Shown: in pieces, positions 32,643 to 45,228 of the stretch | How positions within the stretch are numbered: position 1 is the stretch's first letter | How the letters are laid out: every line of letters begins with the position of its first letter | NCBI GenBank assembly: GCA_001643675.2 | Contig: LSRY02000023.1 | Span: forward strand, 124,001 to 188,000 | Reading direction: 5' to 3' | DNA length: 64,000 nucleotides | Source: Monocercomonoides exilis PA203 | Lineage: Eukaryota; Protista; Preaxostyla | The notes under the pieces: generated by a model | What the model saw: only the letters and a program-made list of their open reading frames with translations | What the model was told of the DNA's origin: nothing | The model's database searches: none | Made by a program: the position numbers and the translations under genes

Positions 32643-35600
32643 TTAGAAAGTGATATTTTGCTGAAGTTGTATATGTGAGTTAGGCTCCATCTTTTTGAAA
32701 AGCAACTTCAAATGCGAATTGTTAAAGGAAGATTGCATCGAATTCATGTCTGTCATTTCAGGCAGTGTAGCCATTGAGCAAAAATACGATGTTGCTGCAT
32801 TCTCAATGGAATGCTCCTCATTCTGAAGCAAAGAAAGTACAGAATCCTAATAAAACATAGCAAGTGTGAACAAAATAAAAGAAAAAGAAAAGAAAGAAAG
32901 AATGAACGAATGATAGAAAAAGACTAATATAGAAACATTCGAATGATTTGTCCAAACCTCCAAGTTCCTCTTTGATTTCCTTTCGACTGCCATCACCACA
33001 ACCTGGTTGTTCTCCGTGCTGATGCGTATGTCTGACTCAACCACGCCATCAAGCTCAACCACCACAACAACCTCCTCTTCCTTCTCACTCACCTTCGGCT
33101 CCACCTCCAAAATCTCAACAAAGCGCCCTGGATTCACAAGCACAGCATCTGCATCAGAGACACATGTTTGACTATCAGCTGAGGAATTAGAAGCAGAAGC
33201 AGAAGCAGTCGAAGAAGAAGAAAATGATGATGATCTTCTTGCCAGATACTGTTCAGCTATGTGCTGAGCTGTCTGAGCTGCTCTCTTCCTCGTCAGCGCC
33301 TGCAGCATATCTCTTCTCAGAACAAACATCTTCTTCACGATGGCATCTCTTGACTCACGCGCCTGCTCCCCAGCTTCATCACTCCGTTCTCTCTCATCGT
33401 GCCCGAATTGCACAAACGGTACTGTTTCCTTTGCCAATTGCATCAGACTTCTTTCACTCGACGCGTATTGCTGCTGCAGCAACGCCAGTTCAGCAGACGC
33501 TTCTTCTGCCTCTCTCGCAGCCTCGTCTGCCAGCTCCATGTTCTCCACTGCCCTCAGCTCTTCTTCTGTTGCATACTCAATCTCATCTGGAGCGCGTGAT
33601 GATGTTTGTGATGCAGTCTCACCTGCACCACGACTCACTCCACTCTGTGAGTGCTGTGCTGATTGACGTGATTGAGAATGAGATTGTGTCTGTGTCTGTG
33701 TCTGTGTCTGTGATTGCTCCTCTTCTGCCTCTGAATGCTCACTCACCAACTTCTGCAGCATCCTCAAATCTGGCTCCTCTGGCGATCCAACCGCCCTCCT
33801 CACTGAAAGATCGCCTTTTGACCGTCTTGCTGAGAAAGACGGGAAATGCGACTGGACTTCGCCCCACGAGTCGTGCATTCCAATCAGATCGTCCACAAAC
33901 GGCTGCTCTTTGTCTGCATATGAGACAGCCCCCACTGCTTTTCTGCTCTCTTCACTCATCTGCTCAATCTCGTCTGGATCTGCACACTCAAAACGGCGGG
34001 TGATCTGCCCTGGCTGAAGGGCTGGCCTTTTCTGTGTAAATATCTTTCGCCGCTGGGCTGTTGAGAGTGGCTGTGCTTCTGCTGAAGAGGATGTTTGCTT
34101 GGCTGTCTTTTGAGGAGGCGAGGGAGGACGAGGCGGAGTCAGCAGATTGCCATTTTGTGCTTCAGATGAGGCAGCAGATGCCTCAGGAGCCGTTTGGCTT
34201 GGTTGTGGAGCTGTTGGTGGATGAGATGATGTTGGCGATGAGGAAGCTGTTGAAGTGGAAGAAGAACCAGAACCAGAAGCAGAAGCAGAAGCTGGCTGTT
34301 GAGTTTCTGCTTTCTTCTTCTCTTCTTCCTGCAGTTGTGATTGCGATTGCTGTGATTGCTGTTGAGGCTGCGATTGCTGCTGAGTGCGGAAGATGGAGCG
34401 GTATCTGTTCCTCTCCATCACCAGCTTGTTCATATTTTCTGTTGTCAGACGGAGCGAATCGCAGGCTGCTTTGACGTCTTCCACAGAAGGAACAGAATGC
34501 ATATCGATACAGTCATCTTGGGAGACGGTGGGTGGAGTGCTGGGCTCGGAAGAAGGAGGAGGAGGAGAGGAAGGAGAAAGAGAAGTAGGAGAAGATAAGG
34601 AATCTGGGGAAGAAGAGGAGGAGGAAGAGGAAGAAGATGATGATGATGGCTCTGTAGATGATGATGATAAAGAAAAGATTGAAGAAGAAGAAGAAGAAGA
34701 AGAAGATGCTGAAGATGATTCATCAGCAGGTTGATGATCATCTACTTCATGCACAGCATCTTTTGTGTCTGTTTTATTGCTCTCTTCTGAAGACGATGCA
34801 TTTGAGCTGTCTGTTGTCTGCTCAGATGAAGGAGAAGATGAAGAAGCAGAAGAAGAAGAAGAAGAAAAAGAAGATTCTGATGAAGTTGAAGAGGAAGAAG
34901 GTGAAGAAGGTGAAGAGGGAGATGAAGAAGTCGAAGAAGAAGACGAAGAAGAAGTTGAAGCAAACAGTGTTGGATTCGTCCTCCTCAGCCTCGCAATCAG
35001 CTCCTGAATCGTCTTGTCCATCTCTATTGCCCTCGCCCTCGCAGCCTCAAACACACTCACCTCTGCCGGAAACATCGCTCTTAATGCTCCTATTCTTGCC
35101 TCCACACTCTGCGACCTCCGAATCACCCCCTCCAGATTGTTCTTCTGCTCCAGCAGCTTCCTCAGCTCCGTCCGTCTCTCCACCACAGGCGCTGTCCAGT
35201 CTCTTAAACTGTCCATTCTGAGGGCATATTCACTCGCCGGCAGCAGCGGCGCATCTGCCAGCCACGCCAGCGTCGCATCCAGCTTCGCTCGCAGCGCCTC
35301 TGCCTCCAAATGGCCCATGCAGCCGTCCATCCGTGTGCTGCATTCAGACAGCAGCTCGTAGCACAGCTGCTCCAGCGCATTGCGCGCGTTCTCGCTCTCC
35401 TTCGTCATCAAGTCCTGTCTCACCATCCGCACTTCCTCGTCTGCCCACAGCTGCACAAACTGGTGGGGCGTGCGGGCAGAGAACACGATGTGCTCCTTCG
35501 GCTTCACCCGCATGGCAGGGCGGGTGCTGTCGGTGCAGACGAAGGAGGCGAAGGAGGCGGTGGAGAGAGAAGGAGAGGGAGATGGAGACATCACAGGAGA

Positions 35601-38600
35601 GACGATTTGGCGCTGGTGGTAGTCAGATGTGGCAGCACTGGATGAAGGAGGAGGGTTGGATGAGAGGGAGGAGAGGGATGATAAGGAGGAGAGCATTGCA
35701 GAGGGATAGGAAATTGGGTTGGATCCAGAAGAAGAGGAGGAGGATGATGATGATGAGGCAGAGGAAGAAGGAGAAGGTTGAAGAGCAACCGAAGAAGTAG
35801 AAGGAGTGAGGCAGCTGAAAGAAGAAGAAGCAGAAGCAGAAGCAGCAGAAGCAGCATTGTCAGTGTCAGTGGTGCCGATTGATTCGAGGACGAAAGGCGA
35901 AGCGAAGGAGAAGATGCCATTGCTGTCAACATCAACAACAATGCCAGCCATATCAGCAGTGGCATTGCATTCGATGGAGATGACACTCAAACTGTGTGGA
36001 TGGGCAAAGGAGTCATCCAACAAGCACATGCTGTGGTGGTGGCAGTGTGTGCTGCTCCCAACAAGAGAGGAGAGAGGGAGGTGGGTTGAAGAAGAAGAGG
36101 AAGAAGAGGAAGTAGAAGAAGATGTTGGGATGTGATCTTTGATTTCTGAATCTTCTTCAATCTTCTTTTCTTTGCCTTCGTCATTATCTTCTTTCACCTC
36201 TTTTTCTTCTTCTTCCATTTCTATTTTTCCTTCTTCTTTGTCTTCTTTTTCTTTTTCTTTTTCTTTCTCCTCGTTTTCTTTGTCTTCACTTGTTTCGATT
36301 TCCATTTCCTTTTTATTTGTTTCGTCTTCAATCTCTTCTTTTTTGGCTTCTCCTTTTTCTTCTTCTCCTTCTTCTCCTTTTTCTTCTTCTTCTGTTTCCT
36401 TCAACTCTGCCGAATTCTCTTCTTTCTCTTTCTCTTCAACATCCATCTTTCCTTCACTTTCTTCGCTCTTTTCTTCTTTTCCTTCCTTTTCTTCTTTTTC
36501 ACCGTCTTCTTCTTTTTCTTCTTCCTTTTCATTTTCATCTTCTCCCTTTTCTTTCTCTTTTTGCCCTTCCTCTTCTTGTTCCTCGTTTCTGTTGTGTGAC
36601 AATAAATCTTCCATCTCCATGTCTTTCTCTTCTTCTTCTTCTTCTTTCTCTTCTTTCTCTTCCTCACTCGCATTCAGTTTGTCTTTCTCTTCTTTTTCCT
36701 CTTTTTCCTCTTTCTTTTCCTCTTTCTCTTTCTCTTCGCTTGTTGTTCCTGCTTCTGCTTCCTCTGCCATCATTTCCCCCTGCTTTTTCTCACATCCATC
36801 ACACAAGTTGTCTTCTTTCTCTTTCTCCCTCTCTTTCTCTTTCTCTCTTTCTCTCTCTTCTCCATCGCATCTCCCTCCTCCACACACCGCGCACGGATAT
36901 CTTGCATCAAAGAACACTTGAATGAGTCTATTTCGATTGAGTCGTGGAGGATGAAGAAGATTGTGGCTGGACAGAGAAAGAGGAGGAGGAAGAGAAGAAT
37001 CTGTGTGAAGAGCAAGCTTTGAAATTGGATAAGAAGAGGAAGAAGAGGAAGAGGTGGAGGAGGAGAAAGGCATTTGATTCAATGAAGAATCAGAAATATC
37101 CTCCCCTTTATCTTTCTCCTCTTTCTCTTTCTCTTTCTCTTTCTCTTTCTCTTTCTCTTTCTCTTCTTTCTCTTCTTTCTCCTTCTCCATTTCACTTTCA
37201 TTTTCATTCATATTTTCGTTCTCTTTTTCCATCCTCTTCTCTTTTTGTTGTGTCTCTCTCATCTGCTGCTCATATTCTTCTTGTGCTCTGTCTCTCATGT
37301 CAAATCTGATTGTGTGGTGCGAAGGGAAGGGTGTGAAACGGGGGAAGGCTACAACGCATCTGCGCACTGGAAAAGAAGAAGAGGAAGAAGAAGAGGAGGA
37401 GGAGGAAGAGGAGGAAGAAGAAGGAGAAAGAGAGAGGGAAGAAAAGGAAGAAGACAAACTGGTTGTTGGGCAGGTGCATATGTGAGGATAAGAGACACGA
37501 GGACAAGAATGAAGAAGATGATGATTATGATGATGTTGATATGTGCTATGTTGGATGGAAGATAAAGAAGAAGATGAGGAAGAAGAGGAAGAAGAAGCAG
37601 ATGAAGAGGAAGAGGAAGAGGAGGAAGAAGAAGAACATAATGAAGGTGATGTTATTTCGAGAGTGTCAGAAGAAGGAGATGAGGCGGATGTTAATGGTGA
37701 AATGGCTGTGAGCGAAGGAGATTCAGAAAGAGGAAGAGGAGAAGAAGAAGCAAATGGCATATCATTTTCATTGGAAGCGCAGTGAAAACAGAGAGACTCG
37801 AATGGATTGATCACAATTGATGAAGGAGGAGAAGAAGAGGAAGAAGAGGAAGAAGAGGAAGAATTAAGAGACAAAGGAAGAGAAGTTGGCTGATGGCGTT
37901 CTTCGTGTTCAGACTCGAAGACGTAAATGCTGTGTGGAAGAATATCATGAAGCTCAATCTGAATGAATTGAATGAAGTGAATAAAGTGAATAAAATCGAA
38001 AATGATTGGAAAAAATTATTAATCATCAAACACAAAACATTCGAATATCAAATAAAAGATGGCAAGAAACAAAGAAAAAGCAAAGAATAAACAGAACATC
38101 ATCTTCATTCAAAAACAAAAGAAAGAAAATGACTTTATCTCACTCAACAAACAGTAGTTCTCTTCGGAATCTCCTCGTTGAGTGCTCTGTTAGCAGCAGC
38201 GATGGCCGAAGGCAGAGGAAGATGGCTGTTTGCTTCCTTTGCCTTCTGAATGGCCCTGTCCATTTCTAATTGGGCAGCATATCTTGCACAGCCCCAGGCA
38301 ACAGACTCGGCGGCATTCAGTTTGTGTGAGAGAGGAGGCGACGAGGCAGAGAAAACTGATAAGGAAAAGAAGAAGAGGAAGAGAGAAGAAAGGAAGAGAG
38401 AAAGGAGATAAGGAATAAATAAGTGACGAATCGATTGTTAAAAAAAAAAAATAAAGAAGGAATTGAATAAATATGATGCCAACAGTTGGAAATAAAAATA
38501 AAAATAAAAGTTGAATGTGGTATGCAAAATCCAATGAACTTCAACAAAACCTTCTTTCAAGGCAGACTCCAACACATTCTGAAGGAAAGTTATTCGACTT

Positions 38601-40536
38601 GACGCTCCGACAACTTCAATCACATCCAAATTGATTGGAGAATTTGAAGAAGAAGAAGCAGAAGCAGATGATGATGATGAAGATGAAGTTGTTGTTGCTG
38701 TTGTTGAAGGTGATACAGCTGTTGCAGTTGCTCCTGGTTTTGCTTCTGAAAGGTGAGCAAATATTGAAAGGACGAACAAATAAATAACAATAAGTTCAAA
38801 TTTCAAAAATCAATAGGAAAAAAAAATATCAAATTAAATTCACAATAAATTTTCTATTTCCTTTCAAACACTCTCAAAATACAATGAACTCCTCTAATCA
38901 ACCCATCCTCTCCCATCCTCTCCCATCCTCTCCCATCCAATCAAACCTTCTCTGTGTCTCGCCAGATCCTCCCTAGTTCTCTGCACCACGCTCCTCACCT
39001 CCCTCTCCACTTCCTCTGTGATCAGCGCAACCATCTCCTCCCTCCGCATCGAGAACGACACATCCACCTCTCCCCCAAACTCCACCGTCTCGTTCGCCAT
39101 CGGCGTCGTCGACAGCATCCGCTTCATCGCCTCTGCTGCCCTCTCCACTTTCATCGCCATCCGCCCGTCGCTCTCACTCAGCGCGGCCTGCTCTGGATGC
39201 TCCTTTCTCAGTGTCTCCATCAGCCGCTCCCGCACTTTCTCGGTTATCCGGTTCCCGCTCACCAGCTGGCTCCACTCGTGGCTCAGCGTCTGGATCTTCA
39301 ATGTCTTCTTCTCTTTGCTGCTGCCGTTATTCTCCTTCTCTCTATCTCTGTCTCTTTCTCTTTCTCTATCTCTATCTCTTTCTCCATTTCCGCCTTCTGC
39401 CTCGTCTGTCTTGCACGACAGCTCAAACACAGAAAATTGGAAGCCGCTTGAGCCAAAGTCAGCAATTGCCAACGTGACACTCTTTTTTTGGTTGAAAAGG
39501 CTGGTCATCTGACTGAATCCATACGATATTGCACCTGGTTATTAATTCAATATCAAGCATTCGACAAATTTTCACAAAATGAACAAGAAGAAAAAACAAG
39601 ATATTTGGCAAATGCTTATTCTAAAAAAAGATGAAATCATGTTAAAAGTGTATACTTGCAGTTGTGTCATGCAGAATGGCAAGCAAATCCACAGCTGCAA
39701 TGGAACAAGCAGTAGCGAGCGATTGCTTTTGTGATTGAACCCAAAAAATGGGAGCGTTGAGCACAACTGCAACTCGTTGCATTTGCGTTAGCGACTCAGC
39801 CTCACTTCACAGAATCATTTTTTAAAATATTATTCATTAACATTTTCAAAAAAAGGTTAATCATTTGAGGAGAATGGAACATTAAAAAGGATCGGGAAAA
39901 TTGACAAAAAATGTACTAAAACAATAAAGCAAACGGTGGTATTTGTGTAAATTCTGGTGGAATATCTCCTGGATAATTTGAACTCTGAATCAATTTCCTC
40001 AAAAAAGATGCTAAAATAATATCAGGGGAAAAAAGTAACATTCATCTTCAACTGATAAAGATTAACCTGTTAATTGCTCAACGGAGAATGTTGTCATTTC
40101 TCCTGTTTTTCCATATTGAACTTTAAAAGTGGGTTGCTCCAATCTATATCGATCGTGAAACAATTCCAATCGTTTTGTTGCAGAATTTTTGTATTTTCCT
40201 ATTTTCTGTTTCAAGGATGAGACGGCTGATTGACGTTCCGATTGCGAGCCAATTATTCTATCTCTTCCAGAGAAAAATATGCTTGTAGGAGTTGATCTTT
40301 TTCTTTCTTCATTCAAGGCACAAGAGACAAAATCACGTACATCAACTGGAACTTGGTCCGCATCGAAGAATGTTCTCATTGGAGCAAATACAATGCTATT
40401 ATGCGTTCCGAAATCAATTCCATATGCTGAACAATTTTTAATTCAATTAAATTTTATACAGATAGCAACAAATTTAATATTTCAATTCATGAAAAATTAA
40501 GAAAATAATAATCATACTTTTCCTGGGTTGAAGCAT
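32643..40536 (-). CDS. Hsp110/Sse-type Hsp70-superfamily chaperone with huge low-complexity inserts and a C-terminal alpha-crystallin (Hsp20) domain; 9 exons, roughly 2,250 aa
   Basis: Spliced NBD motifs MLQPRK|TYGIDFGTHNS, NEERKRSTPT, FSVEQL, VLNAPIFW..AILHDTTA|SAISYG, IADFGSSGFQ, AEAMKRMLST, IEVVGASSRI, LSHKLNAAESVAWGCA; SBD IELHDILPHSI, AFPRFTPFP, VDVDSNGIF; lid EVRMVRQD...NARNALEQLCYE..KLDATLAWL..Y..RMDSL...PVVER; terminal ACD split by intron 32847-32957. Confidence 0.87.
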
Positions 40537-40579
40537 TTTGAGATTCTATGATTTGGTTAATGGTAGTGATCAAGAGAAA

Positions 40580-43500
40580 ATGACAGAATCAGTCGAACCT
40601 ATCTGGGATGAGGCAGATCCCCGTCTTAATTTTGAGAATACCATAGCAGTTATGAACTTGCCAATTATTGACAAGAATAAGGAAGCAAGTTTTCATTTAT
40701 ATCTGAGAAAAGTGGCAGGAGAGATTCCAGTTCATTCTATTGAGCTTCCTTTCACCGAAGAAAATAAATCAAAAGGGTACTTTTATTTTACATGTGAAGT
40801 AGTTTTTTATATTTTGATTAATTATTATTAGAATTGCAATTATAACATTTAATTCAAAAAAAGAGGCAGCTGAAGCATTGAAGAAATATCATCTCAAAAC
40901 CGTTGGGAAAAACACGTTCAATGCATATAGCTTTACCAACTTTCTGAAAGTTCGTTCGGTTCCAGAAGAATTTGTTGAGCCAGAATTCCATCCATTCACA
41001 CCAATAGTTTGATTTGTTTCTTTTGTTTGTTTTTTGCAAGATGATGCGCTTTGATTTACCTCAGCCTGAATTGTCGTCATGGATGTGTGACTCATTTGCA
41101 CGTTCGCAATATGTACTTGTTCATCAGGGAGGCATCAAGATTGACAGTTTTGATTCAATAAGAAAGCGCCAACCTGTTGCAGAATGTTCAAATACTGCAC
41201 GTGGAAATTCTCAGTATTGGTCTCCAAACGGCTTGTTTCTTGGGGGTAGCTCACAAGATGGAGTTATTATTCGAGGAGGTCCAAATTTTGATGTATTATA
41301 CAATTTTCCAAATCCAAATCCGGGACAAAAAATGTTCTTCCAATTTGGCGGAAAAGAAAAACATATTCTGACTTGGGCACCTGTATGCACGATGATTTTT
41401 TAACTTATATTTTATATTTCTCACAATCACTTGCATTCAAATTATTTTCGACGATTTTTTTATTTTGAATTAATTTTTTTGATGCAATCGAAATTTTATA
41501 TTTTGCTTTTGCATATGAAATTAATTTCTTTAACTCTTTTGTTCATTTTATTAATTTTTTTATTCATTCTCCATTTCCAACCCAGACTCATGTTCTTGAC
41601 AAAAAGAAGTATGTTGGAAAGCCTATTATATGGCGATTCGAGCCACTTGAGCGCTTTGAGCTTCCGATTGAGGTGGACATGCGCATTAATCCGATCTACT
41701 GGTCATCATGTGAGCGCTACTTTGCATATGCCGAAGACGAGACGCTGAGGATCATGGAGTTTCCAAGCATGAAATCGACTTATTTACAAGTCCCGCGTCT
41801 GCAGAATGTGCTGAGCTGGTCTCCAACAAAGCCATACCTGGCGCTGTGGACGAAAGGCAAGGACATGCCATCGCAGGTGAAGATTCTGAATGCGAAGACG
41901 ATGAACTTCGAGCAGGTGAAGCAAGTGTTTGATGCATCGTCCATCAGATTTTCGTGGTCGCCGGCAGGTGACTACCTGGCAGCGATGTGTGTGCTGACGA
42001 TGAAGAAGAAAGTTGCTTGCACGTTGGAAGTGTTCAGGTGCAAAGAGAAGAATATTCCAGTCGACACACTGGAGCTGAAGGAGCATGCAAGAGCATTCGA
42101 ATGGGAGGTTTGAAATTGGATTTTGATAGAAAGTTAAGAGAAAGAGAAGGAGGTGAAGGGGAAGGGGAAGGGAAAACTGTCATTTCTTCTATGAATGAAG
42201 AGTCTTCGTATTTGTAATATTATATTAATGTTTATTTGTTACAATGTTTTTGTTTTATTATTTTAATTGTTGTGCGAATTAATCCTCATCACAATAATAA
42301 TATCAACTTTTCTTTCATTCTCTTTCATTCTCATCCTCATTCAGGGCAAAGGCGACCACTTTGCACTTCTTGTGGGAGAAGAGCGCCGTCCAGCGACAGT
42401 CATCTACTCAGTGAAGAAGACAGGAACCATCGAGAAAGTCGCAACACTCGATGCTCGCCAGTCTAACTGCATTGTCTGGTCACCAACTGGAGAAAACCTG
42501 GCGATTGCTCATTTGGGCGACCCCCAGCGCAACCAGAACGGGACAGGTGTGGTTGAGATCTACAACGTGGGGCTGAGGCAGAAGATCGGCTCTATTCAGC
42601 ACCCTCTGGCCACGCAGATGGAGTGGGACCCTTCGGGAAGGTTTCTGGCAGTGAGTGTGCAAGGCTCACAGGATGCATCAGCATATTCCATCTACAACTG
42701 GAAGTGCGACACTGTTTATGAGTCGCCTCTGATTGCCAGTCTGACGTGCTTTTCGTGGAGGCCGCTGCTTCCGCCGATCATTTCGCATGAGAAGCTGAAG
42801 GAGTTGGACAGCAGAATGGACAAGATTGCGAAGAGATTCGCAGAAGAAGACAAGAACGAGCTGATGACGGCAGAGTCAAGAAAGTGTGTGGTTGAATGGA
42901 CATATTGGTGATTGTTGTGGTTTTTATTGAAATGTATAGAAATATTTTTCGTTTAATAACTTGATTGTATCCAAATTGCATTTAAATGATTTATCAAATT
43001 TTTATTTTATTTTCATTTAATTTTCATATTCTTCTGCTGTTGTCTTTTTATCTTCTTGATCTAAAAAAGAGTGAAAGAGAGAGTGGAAAAGAAGAAGTCA
43101 TATGCGGAGTGGAGGAAAGCCACCGAAGAATATGCCGCCAAAATGAAGGTGCTTTTGGAGAAAGCGGGCATTGGAATGGAAGATGATGTGCAGGTGATGG
43201 AATATGAAGAGGAAATACTGATAGAGTCACTGGAGGAAGGCAAAGAGGAGAAGAAGGAAGAGGCAGAGGAAGAAAAAGAGAAGGAGAAAGAGAAGGAGAA
43301 AGAGAAAGAAGGCGCTGAAGACGTAGCAGCTGAAGAAGAGAAAGGCAAAGGAAAACAAGATATGCCACTGAAGCTGAAGAAGAAAAGCGAGAAAGAAGAG
43401 ACGCCAGCTGTGCAGAAACCTTCGATGGCCGATCAACCAGGCTCAATTTCTATCACTTCTCCATCTGCTTCTGCTTCATCATCATCATCTTCTTCTTCTT

Positions 43501-44474
43501 CTTCTTCTTCAGAGTCTGAAGCACCAGCAGAGCCGAAGGAGAAGACGTTTGCAGAAATGTTGAGAGAGAAGCGGATGCAGAGGATGGCAGAAGAAGGAAG
43601 AGGAAGCGGCGGAATGGGCGAAGCTGTTTCAGCTGGGCAGCCAATTAACTTACTTGACTTTGCCGATCCAGCGCTGCCGGTGAAGAAAGGGAAAGGAGAG
43701 AGGAAAGTGATGACGCCGGAGGAGAAGAAGAAGAGGGAGGAAGAGAAGAAGAAGAGGAAAGAGGAGGAGAGGAAGAAGAAAGAGGAAGAGGAGAAGAAGA
43801 AGAAAGAGGAAGAGAGGAAGAAGAAGGAAGAGGAGGAGAGAAAAGCGAGAGAAGAAGAGGAAAAGAAGAAGATAGAGGAAGAGAAAGAGAAGAAAAGAGA
43901 AGAGAGTAGGCAGAGGTTGTTGGAGAAGAAGAGGTTAAAGCAGCAAAAGGAAGAAGAAGAGAGGAAGAAGAAAGAAGCAGAAGAAGCAGCTGCAAGAGAG
44001 ATAGAAGGAGCAGACAAGAAGAAAACAGAAAAAGTAGAGAAAGAAGAGAAAGTGGAGAAATCAGAAAAAGCAGAAAAGACAGAAAAGGTAGAAAAAGCAG
44101 AGAAAACTGAGAAAACAGAGAAAGTTGAAGCAAAAGAAGCAAAAGCGGCTAAGCCACTGTCGAGAATGGAGCAGATAATGTTAGAAAGAGAGAGGAAGGC
44201 GAGAGAACAAGAGGAAGCGAGGAGGAAAGCGGAAGAGGAAGAAGAAGCGAAGAAGAAGGAGGCAGAGAACAAGAAGAGTGCAAAGAAAGAAGGAGGAAAC
44301 AAGAAGGAAGCGAAGAAAGAGACAAAGAAAGAAGCAAAGAAAGAAAAAGAAGGAGTTAACAAGAAAGAAGAGAAGAAGGAGGAAAAGAAAGAAGAAAAGA
44401 AAGAAGAAACTGCAAAGCCTTTATCAAAAATGGAACAAATCAAACTAGAAAAGGAAAAGAAAAAGAAGAAGTAA
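40580..44474 (+). CDS. EIF3B: Translation initiation factor eIF3 subunit b (Prt1): RRM, WD beta-propeller, very long charged C-terminal tail; multi-exon
   Basis: IAVMNLPII..ELPF..KSK|GIAIITF (RRM), YWSPNGLFL, WSSCERYFA, WSPTKPYLA, WSPAGDYLA..LEVFR.KEKNIPVD.LE, FEWE|, WSPTG, EWDPSGRFL, FSWRP.LP. Confidence 0.9.
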
Positions 44475-44626
44475 TTCTTTTTCTTTCTTTCTTTTTTTTT
44501 CATTTTATTTTCCATTTTTATCAAACTAGTTATCCTTTCATAAACATATTTCCTTCCAATTGTTTTGCTTTTTCTTCTTTATTTTCATTTCATTTCAATT
44601 GAAAACTCCGACTTCATCTTCTTCAT

Positions 44627-44627
<1 letters not shown>

Positions 44628-44681
<54 letters not shown>
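44628..44681. repeat. Poly-A homopolymer, about 54 nt
   Basis: Directly visible. Confidence 0.9.
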
Positions 44682-44683
<2 letters not shown>

Positions 44684-45228
44684 GAACATCAAAGTTCTCT
44701 TCATTTTGTTTTGCGACAAATTTTAAAGAAGTCACAAAACAAACGAATTTATCTGAAATCTTTTGAAATATCTCTCGAAATAATTTAAGTAAAAAAATAT
44801 CTTCAGAGAAAACATTTAATTGCAGTGCAAGGGCATTGTCATTCTTGTCTTTAAGCGATATGAATATCCGGAAAAGACAGAAACAATGCAAAATATTTAG
44901 ACTTTATAAACTTGTCAAAACATACATCAAAGTTCATGTCAAATAAAGAAAAGCAAAAATAACAAAATAAAAGTTAATTGTAATCTTAAAAAAAGAAGTT
45001 GAAGGAAAGTTAAAAGAAAAAGAAATAATAAAAATCAACAATTGTCTTTTCCGCAGCAAACATAAATTCAATAAATGAATAACAGCCATGAAAAAAAATA
45101 AAGAAGCAATAAAAAATCAAAACATAACGGATTAATTAAATATTTTCGAATATCAATCAAACTATTAACAATTAAAAGAGTGAATTTTTTTCAAAAATAA
45201 TCATGAATTAATTTTGTTATTCACCGTT

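Noticed and set aside
1232-44524. Numerous overlapping antisense or alternate-frame ORFs rich in S/F/L or K/R/E (e.g. 43433-44524, 36139-36921, 24026-25189)
   Set aside because: They are shadows of stop-poor low-complexity coding tracts in the real genes
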